From Candidatus Hodarchaeota archaeon (GTDB lineage Archaea > Asgardarchaeota > Lokiarchaeia > Sigyniarchaeales > SOKP01): a DNA stretch of 64,000 nt. The stretch's first letter is position 1, and every line of letters starts with the position of its first letter. Below are positions 32,791-41,634 of this stretch, in pieces. The DNA is taken from contig JBHLKM010000002.1 in the NCBI GenBank assembly GCA_048886685.1, forward strand, positions 103,532 to 167,531, in the 5' to 3' direction. Below the pieces are notes generated by a model. The model saw only the letters and a list, made by a program, of their open reading frames with translations. It ran no database searches and had not been told where the DNA came from. Made by a program: the position numbers and the translations under genes.

Positions 32791-33483
32791 TTAAGTAGTT
32801 AAAATTGAAGTATCTGAAAATTTTTTATCGATTGGGGCCTTTCCGTCCCCATATATGTGATAGAGTCCAGTTCTTCGAGCAATCTCATAAAAACTACGAT
32901 ATATATCTTTTTCTTGTTCAGGTAAAGCACAAGTTTTATAAACTAAAGGATTCCATATATATAATTCATGTTTAGGATCATACCATAGATTCTCCTGTTT
33001 TAAAATCTGGATAAAATCATTATCATCGATTATATTTCGAAGATCTTGTTTATTTAACATAATTATAAGTGGGATTTCTTTAATGAGTCTCTGATTTGTT
33101 ATACTTTTTAATTCTAATAAGAATTCAATATTATCTTCAAAATATTTAACTTGGGAATCAGCCACAAAAATTACAGAATCAGTTTCTGCATCAAGCTTAT
33201 TAAATACTTTAGTTCTTAATGAACTGAAACCCTTTTGACCCGCTACCGTATAAACTCTGTAATATACAGTCCTCTTCTTAGTCGATTGAAAAATTCCTCG
33301 ATCAAAATAAAGAGTCGCACCACTTGTCTTATCAATTTTTTGTAATTCAACTACAGGAATCAGTTCTCTTTTACCTTCCTTAGTCAAATTGTAAAGAGTT
33401 TCTAAGATAGTGGTTTTTCCTGATCCCGCCATACCATAGTATACAACCTTAAGAAAGATGTTACCATCTTTATATTGAACCAT
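32791..33483 (-). CDS. MglA/Arf-like small GTPase
   Basis: G1 YGMAGSGKTT, G2 TLYFD, G3 TVAGQ, G4 NKQD, G5 TCA. Confidence 0.9.
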   Translation of the reverse strand: MVQYKDGNIFLKVVYYGMAGSGKTTILETLYNLTKEGKRELIPVVELQKIDKTSGATLYFDRGIFQSTKKRTVYYRVYTVAGQKGFSSLRTKVFNKLDAETDSVIFVADSQVKYFEDNIEFLLELKSITNQRLIKEIPLIIMLNKQDLRNIIDDNDFIQILKQENLWYDPKHELYIWNPLVYKTCALPEQEKDIYRSFYEIARRTGLYHIYGDGKAPIDKKFSDTSILTT

Positions 33484-33670
33484 TCAACAATCTCCAGGTC
33501 TTAAAGAAAATTTAACTCGAAAAGATATAACTAAAGAATATATAAAAATTTTCAAAATTAAAGATTTTGCACTTTAATATTATTTTTTCAAATCCAATAT
33601 TTTTTTTACAATGAAGAATGATTCTCAAATAGAATAAGTAATTATTTTATAAATTAAAAAACTCGAAATC

Positions 33671-34204
33671 ATGGATGTAGATTCTGACTCTGATTGGAAC
33701 TGGGAATTCTATAAGGAACTTGTTGATGATGTTGAAGATAATAAAAATATAATCCAATGCATTTCCTGCGGAAAATGCGTAGGAGATTGCCCTGCGGCTA
33801 AAGTGTCGAATTTTAACATAAGGAAGATCATCAGGAAAGTACTTCAAGGGGATAAAAGCGTTTTAAAAGATTCTGATATTTGGTATTGTTATTTATGTGA
33901 AAGGTGTAAAAGAGTTTGCCCAAAAGACAATATCAATATTCCACTACTCATTATTAATTTGAGGAACGAGAGTTTCAAGAAGGGATTTGGGCCGCGATAT
34001 AATGATTTAAGAAAGTATGTTGAAATGTCAGAACGGTTTCTAACATCTGGAGTTGTAGTTGAAGAACCCTTGGGTGAACCGCTTACAAAAGAAAGAATTG
34101 ATGAATTAAATGAAATTTGTAATTTTGCTAGAATAAAATATGTGTTTAAGGCAAGTAATACTAATAAGAATAAAAAGAAAAAGACAAAAAAAATCTTAAA
34201 ATAA
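33671..34204 (+). CDS. hdrC: Heterodisulfide reductase subunit C-like 2x[4Fe-4S] protein
   Basis: CISCGKCVGDCP and WYCYLCERCKRVCP; directly upstream of hdrB. Confidence 0.85.
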   Translation: MDVDSDSDWNWEFYKELVDDVEDNKNIIQCISCGKCVGDCPAAKVSNFNIRKIIRKVLQGDKSVLKDSDIWYCYLCERCKRVCPKDNINIPLLIINLRNESFKKGFGPRYNDLRKYVEMSERFLTSGVVVEEPLGEPLTKERIDELNEICNFARIKYVFKASNTNKNKKKKTKKILK

Positions 34205-34214
34205 TCAACTCACC

Positions 34215-35225
34215 ATGATAGAAAGCAATCTATCTCTAGATTTAGATGAAATAGAGAGAATTCATTCAGATAGCCCCCTAGACTTTTTCAAAGATAAAAG
34301 ACTCTGTCTATTTAAAGCTTGTTTAGAGAAATATTTTCCCGGTGTAAGATGGGGGATTCAAGACTTACTTGAAGAACTTGACTTGGAAGTAAGAATTTGT
34401 GATACCCAGTCTTGTTGTAGTGGAACTTTTTTCCAAAGGAATTTAATTACCCGAGCTCAATTTTCGACTATAAATGAAAGAAATCTGTACGAATTAAATC
34501 AACAGGCTGATGTTGTTTTATTTAGCTGTAATGGTTGTTATAACTCTCTTATGAGAGGGCGAGAATTTTTAAAAACCCCAGAAATAGCAAAAAAAACTAA
34601 CGAAATTTTAAATAGATTGAAGAAAAAAGTAGGAGCTAACAATCCAGGAAAATATCAAATCTTAGAAGAGCCAAAGGTGCGTTTTATCCATGATTTGGAT
34701 TTTTTCTATTTAATCAGAAATGATTTACTTAATTCTTTAAAATTTGATTTAAAAAATCTCAAGGTGGCTATTCATTATGGGTGTCATTACTTAAATTTAT
34801 CGAGAGATAAAAGAACGATTGAACCATATTTAAAGGATAAAACTAAATTAGATGATTTAATTAAATTATTTGGTGGAATTCCCGTAGAGTATCAAGAAAA
34901 AGAAAGCTGCTGTGGTTGGGGCGCCTCTCAACTGTTAATCAATCCTCGAGAGGCACTTAAAATCACATATGACAAATTAAAAAGCGCAGAAAACGTAGGT
35001 GCTGACTTTTTGGTCACCCCTTGTCCTACCTGTTTATACACTTTGAGTAAACCTGAATATAGAGAAAAAATACAAAAGTGGTATGGGAATAAGTTAGATA
35101 TTCCTACTATTCACTTAAATGAATTAATTGCAATTCTAAGGGGTTGTGAAGAAGAACGTTGTATTTCTTTAAAGGAAAAAACTCCTCGAATAGAAGAAAT
35201 ATTTCATATTATAACACAGGATTAA
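34215..35225 (+). CDS. hdrB: Heterodisulfide reductase subunit B-like CCG-domain protein
   Basis: Two CCG domains: SCCSG..SCNGC and HYGCH..CCGWG..PCPTC. Confidence 0.85.
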   Translation: MIESNLSLDLDEIERIHSDSPLDFFKDKRLCLFKACLEKYFPGVRWGIQDLLEELDLEVRICDTQSCCSGTFFQRNLITRAQFSTINERNLYELNQQADVVLFSCNGCYNSLMRGREFLKTPEIAKKTNEILNRLKKKVGANNPGKYQILEEPKVRFIHDLDFFYLIRNDLLNSLKFDLKNLKVAIHYGCHYLNLSRDKRTIEPYLKDKTKLDDLIKLFGGIPVEYQEKESCCGWGASQLLINPREALKITYDKLKSAENVGADFLVTPCPTCLYTLSKPEYREKIQKWYGNKLDIPTIHLNELIAILRGCEEERCISLKEKTPRIEEIFHIITQD

Positions 35226-35289
35226 TTAAATCTATTTTTGAGAAGTAACAATGGAAGAAATATGAAAAACTTTATTATTTCTCGAAGAC

Positions 35290-35427
35290 CTATTTCTCTT
35301 TAATTATGAGTTTATCAAAATGGTCAATCCAAAAAAATTCCTCACAGAAACCGAGAAGATCATCCAATTCTTTTTGTGTTATCTCTTTTCTTCTTCTATC
35401 AGAAACGGTTCTGATTATTCCTTCCAT
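35290..35427 (-). CDS. 45-aa small protein
   Basis: MEGIIRTVSDRRRKEITQKELDDLLGFCEEFFWIDHFDKLIIKEK*, with AAGTGA upstream; below the ORF-track cutoff. Confidence 0.55.
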   Translation of the reverse strand: MEGIIRTVSDRRRKEITQKELDDLLGFCEEFFWIDHFDKLIIKEK

Positions 35428-35639
35428 AAAAATGTATCACTTCATTTTCTCTTATATTTTTTAAAATAGTTTTTTATAACAAAATGATATAGGTTATAAA
35501 AACCTTTATATTTGTATACAAAAAGAAAAAGTACATATTTAAACCTTTCCAATTTTACACAATTACGTTATTATTATAACGGATTATAATCTTTTTTTTA
35601 CCACAAATTTGTTGAGTTTAAATATGTGTAGAGATTTCT

Positions 35640-36035
35640 CTACATTTCTTCAATAGCGTACCTCGGACAACAGTCTAGACATAATAAACACCCTATACAG
35701 CGCTCATATGAGAATTCCAACCTTTCTTCGCTATTGAAATGTAAAGCATCTGTAGGACACAGAGAAATACAAGCTCCACAGTCAACACACAGCTCAATAT
35801 CAACTATCACGCGCCCCTTTTTGTTTACAATTATATTACTTTTTATGAGTGACTCAGTTATAGTTTTCACTTTTTCTTCAGGAATATCCAATAATAAATT
35901 TATCCCTGCTGAACCTGTTGAAAATTTTAATATATTAAAAGTTATATCGTGTTTTAGTATATCATTGACAATTTTCGAATAATCATCAATATCCTTAACT
36001 AATCCGAAGGGGATGGATATATTAATTATTGTCAT
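35640..36035 (-). CDS. NIL-like + ferredoxin protein (MA1822-type partner of homocysteine synthesis)
   Basis: CVDCGACISLCP and CIGCLLCLDCCP; 3 nt downstream of the DUF39 gene. Confidence 0.85.
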   Translation of the reverse strand: MTIINISIPFGLVKDIDDYSKIVNDILKHDITFNILKFSTGSAGINLLLDIPEEKVKTITESLIKSNIIVNKKGRVIVDIELCVDCGACISLCPTDALHFNSEERLEFSYERCIGCLLCLDCCPRYAIEEM

Positions 36036-36038
36036 CTT

Positions 36039-37511
36039 TTACATCAACTCCTCCGAAGTGATTATTCCGACTACTTTTTTATTTTCATCAATGACAGGTA
36101 AAGCAGAAATATTGTTCTGTCTCATTTTTCTTGCGGCATTTCCGATCGGCTCATCATTGAATGTGGTAATTACACGTTTGGTAATAATTGAATTTAGATC
36201 ATTTTTTTCGTTTGCAATTGCTTTAGTAATATCGAAACTTGTTACAATCCCCTTTAAATAATTTTCTCTGTCAGTTATTACAATATGATTAACATTTTCT
36301 CTAATTATTTTTTGGGCGACCTCTTTAATATCACAATCTTCATAACAGATTTCCGCCTTTTTCTTCAAATCTCTTACAAATTTTAATTTTTGAATTTGTT
36401 TCATTGGCTTAAAGACAGTATCCGTTGGTAATGTTTCTGCAGGAGGATTTAAATAGAACTTTCCCTCCTGAATCCATTCTTTGAGTGTATTAGCAATTTT
36501 ACGAGCATAATAGAAAGAGGATAACGATGAACACTTGACTTTTTTACCATCCAAGTCTATAAATTCATTTTTCAATTCTTTATAGCTTATTTGTCTCAGT
36601 TTTGGGCGATCTCTCCTTGGTATTCCATAATCTACAATATCGGTAAAAATTTCCTCATCACTAATTGAAGTTTTTTTCGCTAAGCCTTCATTTAAAATGG
36701 GTATAGGTATTCCAAGACCAACAAATAAAGAAGTACCATAATTTTCATAAGAAACACCCCGTAAATATTCATCACTCATTTGCTTTAAATCACCCTTAAC
36801 AAATAAAGTTCCAAATTGATTGGCTGGACTATGTTGAGTACCTTCACCAATTATATACCCGATCCCCCCACCTAGAAATATCCTAGTTCCAATTCCTATA
36901 GTTTCATAATCAAGATCGTTATTTAATGGACTTAAACATCCAGCTCCAGCATAATGAGCATTTCCATAATGAGGTAGTAATTTACCCATATAAGTATATA
37001 AAGTTTTATCAGAACTATTCACAGCACAAACATATCGCTGATATGCGTTTCTGGGGTTGCATAAAATTGCTTGATTTATCTCATCTATGGTAAATTCTGT
37101 ATCTATTTCTGCGAGGGGATAACAATCTGTTGTATAAGAATTACCTCTTAATCGTATAGGCTTTCCCGCGACAAGGTCTTCAATCATATGACCACCACCA
37201 TATTCAAAACGTTTTACTTCTGATAGTCTAGTACACCCAATATAACAATCAACAGCAGCATTCCCATGATATGCATGTACGTCATTTAGCCATAAGTGCT
37301 CAAACTTAATGGGAGGATCAGAGTGCCCAAAATTCAAAAATGCTCCACTAGAACACATTGGACCGAAAGTACCAGTTGTTACAACATCGATCTCCTCAGC
37401 AGCAACTTTAACTCCATTATCTTCTACATATTTTACCATTTCTTCAGCAGTTAATACTACTACATCACCATTTTTAATTTTTTCATTAATTTCTGTATAT
37501 GTTTTAGCCAA
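36039..37511 (-). CDS. L-aspartate semialdehyde sulfurtransferase (DUF39 + CBS pair; MA1821/MJ0100 family)
   Basis: KTYTEINEKIKNG.VVVLTAEE, DVVTTGTFGPMCSSGA, PRNAYQ, GIGTRIFLGG; C-terminal CBS pair. Confidence 0.9.
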   Translation of the reverse strand: MAKTYTEINEKIKNGDVVVLTAEEMVKYVEDNGVKVAAEEIDVVTTGTFGPMCSSGAFLNFGHSDPPIKFEHLWLNDVHAYHGNAAVDCYIGCTRLSEVKRFEYGGGHMIEDLVAGKPIRLRGNSYTTDCYPLAEIDTEFTIDEINQAILCNPRNAYQRYVCAVNSSDKTLYTYMGKLLPHYGNAHYAGAGCLSPLNNDLDYETIGIGTRIFLGGGIGYIIGEGTQHSPANQFGTLFVKGDLKQMSDEYLRGVSYENYGTSLFVGLGIPIPILNEGLAKKTSISDEEIFTDIVDYGIPRRDRPKLRQISYKELKNEFIDLDGKKVKCSSLSSFYYARKIANTLKEWIQEGKFYLNPPAETLPTDTVFKPMKQIQKLKFVRDLKKKAEICYEDCDIKEVAQKIIRENVNHIVITDRENYLKGIVTSFDITKAIANEKNDLNSIITKRVITTFNDEPIGNAARKMRQNNISALPVIDENKKVVGIITSEELM

Positions 37512-37652
37512 AATAACACCTAATCTCTATAAAAATGATTAATTTAGAATAATTTTGTATTAATATAAATATTCGTTACTTAAATTATGCTTATGGAGCA
37601 TAAAATATTCACAAATTCTAGGCTATTAAAGAACTTAAAAGAGTTTCATAAA

Positions 37653-37946
37653 TTATACGTAGGGTATCCACATATACCTTAAAATACCATATAATCCATA
37701 CGAGTTATCTAAATTCTTGGTTGTTATCACTATAGTTAAAAAGTCTACAAGAGGACCTAACCACATTAAACCTATGAAGAATATCATTAAACCTAAATAA
37801 GAGAGTAATTTAATATTAAATTCTTTTGATTTGAAGAAAAAATATAACCCAATTGTAGTACTAAAGATAAGTGCTCTAAGAACCGTAAGGCCATTAAGTA
37901 AAATGTAATAAGAAAGTGCTATAAAGAATCTCCTAAATGAGATCAT
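37653..37946 (-). pseudogene. Probably truncated paralogue of the 7TM family (about 3 TM remain)
   Basis: TM pattern parallels the start of 31998-32756 (GL..F.K...LL..G...F.G..W.GP..DFL) but stops after 97 aa. Confidence 0.45.
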
Positions 37947-38078
37947 TTAAAACAATCAAATTTCAAGATTCATATGCATGGTTTAATTTTTAAAATTTTA
38001 AGTTAATATAAAACTCGCATATACAATAAACACATTTTTTCAAAAAACTTTTTAGCGTATTTATCATATGATAAAAAG

Positions 38079-38963
38079 ATGATGAATATAATGGATGATA
38101 TAACAATTAAAGAAGGATGGATGTATGGTGGTTGGAGAGCACCAGAGAACCTGTGGAGAGGATTAACAACTTCAATTCACGATGATAGCGTAGCGAAAAA
38201 AGTTGGTATGCGTGGAGGTACAATTCCGGGAACGATCCACTTGAGTTTGTTCGCGCCTGTAGCTCTTAAGATGTTTGGGGATAGATGGTTTGAGAAAGGA
38301 ACGTTAAGTATGTATTATACTTTTGCTACAACTGATAGAGAAGAAGTTAGGGCAGTTGTTAAAATGCCACCTGAGGGAGTTCAAGATGTTCAAGTAGAAG
38401 CTCGGGTAGAAATGCGTGATGGTAAAGTTGTTGCTACGGGAACACTAGCAGCAGGAGAACCAAAAGAATTATCTTACTTACAAGTTTTAGAACTTAAAAA
38501 CAGTGATCCTGAAGACTTACGCATTTTATCGGGATTTAAGGTAGGGGATGATCTCACGTCGCATGACGTATTAGTAACTCAAAAGGCTGCAGATCGAGGA
38601 TTAGAAGCTATAACTGATCATCTAGATTATTATAAAGGAAAATCACCATGGGGGAATTCTATATTATCACCCACTGCCACGTTTGGTGTTATGTCTCTAG
38701 GTTCTAACACATTAGATACCGCAAGAAGTAAAGGTGTGCCTTTTTATGGAGCTACTGAAATAAAAAATATTGCAGGACCAGTGATGGTTGGAATTCCATA
38801 TAAAGCTACTGGAAAAATTGTTTGTGTAGGTGTAAGCCGCAAGACAGAGTACTACTGGATTGATACTTTCTTAGAAGAAAAAGAAACCGGTAAAAAAATA
38901 GCTTCAATGCGCCACATGAATCGTTTTATGAAAGCTGGGTCTCCCCTTTATGAAAATCAGTAA
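38079..38963 (+). CDS. Double hot-dog fold (MaoC-like) protein
   Basis: SIHDDSVAKKVGMRGGTIPG resembles the MaoC hydratase motif; second half has SPWG..ILSP. Confidence 0.7.
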   Translation: MMNIMDDITIKEGWMYGGWRAPENLWRGLTTSIHDDSVAKKVGMRGGTIPGTIHLSLFAPVALKMFGDRWFEKGTLSMYYTFATTDREEVRAVVKMPPEGVQDVQVEARVEMRDGKVVATGTLAAGEPKELSYLQVLELKNSDPEDLRILSGFKVGDDLTSHDVLVTQKAADRGLEAITDHLDYYKGKSPWGNSILSPTATFGVMSLGSNTLDTARSKGVPFYGATEIKNIAGPVMVGIPYKATGKIVCVGVSRKTEYYWIDTFLEEKETGKKIASMRHMNRFMKAGSPLYENQ

Positions 38964-39310
38964 ATAAGATTACAACCTCTCAGAAGCGTTCATTTGAATG
39001 AAATCTTCAGAAAAAAACCTTAAGTTTTATTATCTAGTTATATTTTTTTTTGAGTGTTCTAGGTATATAATATATTAAAAACGTATATTTTTGATACATA
39101 ACAAATTTTGTGGAGTGGAATCAAACTATAGATAATATTTTAGATTATTCTAATCACCCATAATTTTAAAAGGAATAATCTCCTTAGAAATTTTTGAAGA
39201 TACTTGAAAAAAATTGAAAAACCAGAAAATCTTATCAATTAAAAACAATTTGCTTTCTTAAATCATCAAAACCTATATATAATATAACATTTTATTTTGA
39301 TTCATATAAA

Positions 39311-41539
39311 ATGAAATTAAATTATAAGATTAAAATCATAACCTTTATAGTTTTATGGATTATTTCCACTTTACCTATTCTACTGAACAATAATCTTAAT
39401 TTAAATCGTCAAATCAATTCAGATGACCAAAATTTAAAAGTATCAAAAATATCAAGTAAAATTGATATTCATGGTAATTCAGAATGGGTTGATTTTAGAA
39501 ACGCAGGGAATTGTTCTGGTTCAGGTACTTATTCCGATCCGTATGTTATAGAAGATTTAGAAATAAATGGCTTTTTTTCGGGGAGTTGCATTACGATTAG
39601 TTTCTCAGATGTATATTTTAAGATTGAAAACTGTACCCTTTACAATTCGGGTTCAGTATGGGGTGATGCAGGAATCCTTATAGTCACAACTAAAAATGGT
39701 CAAATAATAAATAACACAGTATATAACTCTCTTAATGGTATATTTATGAGTGATAGCAATAAGACAGAAATTTCAAGAAATATCTTATTTAACAACAATG
39801 ATGCTGGAATACAATTATGGCATTGTTTAAATAATAAGATCTTAGAAAATTATTTATCAGAGAATATATTTGGTATGTACTTAGCTGATTGTAGGTCTAA
39901 TACTATCTCGGGAAATGAAATTGATAATAACGCTTATATAGGGATAACTTTAACAGAAAGTAGTGCTAGGAATAAAATCCTCTCAAACACAATTACTAAT
40001 AATGATTATGGAATTATCTTAGATGTTGGAACTAAATGCAACAAAGTCTCAAATAACTTTTTTAGCGAAAATAATAATGATATACAAGATTTTCAAGATG
40101 AGTGTCCTAGAGTGAACAATTTACCTCTTATAATTGGATTAATATTAGGGATCTCAGGTATAATAATTATCACAGGGATTCTTATTTTAAGAAAAAGTAA
40201 ATCTAAACGTAGGGTTGTTTTAAAAGAAAAACCATTAGAATTGGAAGTTTTAAAAGAAAAAGTAATTGTAGTTTCTCCTGAAGAAATACCAGAAGAGGAA
40301 AAAGTCTTAGAACAAGAGATTGAGGTTGCTTCAGAAGTAATATCCGAAGTGGAACAAGCTTTAGAAGAGGAAAAAGGGATTACGTTAAAAAAAATACCAA
40401 TGGAGAAAAAAATGGTAGAAGAAGAAATCGTAAGTATCCCTGAGGATATTCCAATAGAGGAGGATGTTTTAGAAAAGGAAGTAGCATTACCTCCAGAAGA
40501 ACCATCAAAAGAGGTAAAGGTTTTACAACGAGAGGTTGAGGTTGTTCCAGATGAAATACCAGAGGAAGAAAAAGTGATTTCTCAAGAAAAATTATTAAAA
40601 GAAGAAGGGGTTTTAGAAGAAGAAATTACAGCTAAAACCTTTCACATATTAGAACCTCCTGAACTCATTGAAACTCTCGAAAGGCATTTAATGGGGGTAA
40701 CATCGACGGTATTCTCTCCAGATGGAAAATATATTATAAGTGGTTCGAAAGACAGGACAATAAAAGTTTGGGAACTACCTACTGGTAAACTTATAAAAAA
40801 TCTCGGAGAACATGGAAAATACATAACCTCATTAGCTGTTTCTTCTGATGGAAAATATATAATCAGTGGATCAAATGATAAAACTGTGAAAGTATGGGAA
40901 CTTTCCACAGGAACGCTTATTCATACTCTCAAAGGGCATACTTTTTACGTTTTATCTGTAGCAATCTCTCCCGATGGAAAATATGTGGTCAGTAGCTCTT
41001 TTGATAAAGAGATTAAAGTATGGGATTCAACGACAGGGAACCTTGTAAATACACTCAGAGGGCATAGGAAAGAAGTAGGTTCAGTTGCAATCTCTCCTGA
41101 CAGTAAATATATCGTAAGCGGTTCCAACGATAAAACCATAAATATATGGGATCTTCAGAGTGGAGAGATAGTTAGAACAATCAGTGGTTATAAGAAATAT
41201 GTTAGATCAGTAACAATCTCTCCCGATGGAAAATATATAATTTGTGGTTCAAATGATAAATCCATAAAAGTTTGGGAAATGTTGACAGGAAATCTTGTGA
41301 GGACCCTTGAAGGACATACTATGTATGTAATGTCTGTTGCTATTTCCCCTGATAGTTATTATATAGTCAGCGGCTCATTTGATAAGGATATTAAAGTTTG
41401 GGATTTCTCAACTGGGAAGCTTTTAGCGACACTCGAAGGGCACAAAAAAGAAGTAGACTCGGTTGCGATCTCTCCTGAAAGTAATTATATTGTCAGTGGA
41501 TCAAATGACAAAACGATTAAAATTTGGAAACTTAGATAA
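39311..41539 (+). CDS. Single-pass protein: NosD/beta-helix ectodomain, TM, acidic repeats, 7-bladed WD40 domain
   Basis: Signal-like N-terminus, GSGTYSDPYVIE, NosD repeats, TM LPLIIGLILGISGIIIITGILIL + RKSKSKRR, seven GH..SPDG..SGS.D..IKVW repeats. Confidence 0.9.
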   Translation: MKLNYKIKIITFIVLWIISTLPILLNNNLNLNRQINSDDQNLKVSKISSKIDIHGNSEWVDFRNAGNCSGSGTYSDPYVIEDLEINGFFSGSCITISFSDVYFKIENCTLYNSGSVWGDAGILIVTTKNGQIINNTVYNSLNGIFMSDSNKTEISRNILFNNNDAGIQLWHCLNNKILENYLSENIFGMYLADCRSNTISGNEIDNNAYIGITLTESSARNKILSNTITNNDYGIILDVGTKCNKVSNNFFSENNNDIQDFQDECPRVNNLPLIIGLILGISGIIIITGILILRKSKSKRRVVLKEKPLELEVLKEKVIVVSPEEIPEEEKVLEQEIEVASEVISEVEQALEEEKGITLKKIPMEKKMVEEEIVSIPEDIPIEEDVLEKEVALPPEEPSKEVKVLQREVEVVPDEIPEEEKVISQEKLLKEEGVLEEEITAKTFHILEPPELIETLERHLMGVTSTVFSPDGKYIISGSKDRTIKVWELPTGKLIKNLGEHGKYITSLAVSSDGKYIISGSNDKTVKVWELSTGTLIHTLKGHTFYVLSVAISPDGKYVVSSSFDKEIKVWDSTTGNLVNTLRGHRKEVGSVAISPDSKYIVSGSNDKTINIWDLQSGEIVRTISGYKKYVRSVTISPDGKYIICGSNDKSIKVWEMLTGNLVRTLEGHTMYVMSVAISPDSYYIVSGSFDKDIKVWDFSTGKLLATLEGHKKEVDSVAISPESNYIVSGSNDKTIKIWKLR
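40220..40630 (+). repeat. About six degenerate 18-aa (54-bp) Glu/Pro/Val/Lys-rich coding repeats
   Basis: PEEIPEEEKVLEQEIEVA / SEVISEVEQALEEEKGIT / LKKIPMEKKMVEEEIVSI / PEDIPIEEDVLEKEVALP / PEEPSKEVKVLQREVEVV / PDEIPEEEKV; boundaries approximate. Confidence 0.7.
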
Positions 41540-41634
41540 TTGTGTTTATGTGTTAATTTTTCAATAGAGCTCGCTTTTTGTTTTTTGCATTTTAATTCGG
41601 AATGATTTGAACTCTTGGAGGTTTTTACTAGATT

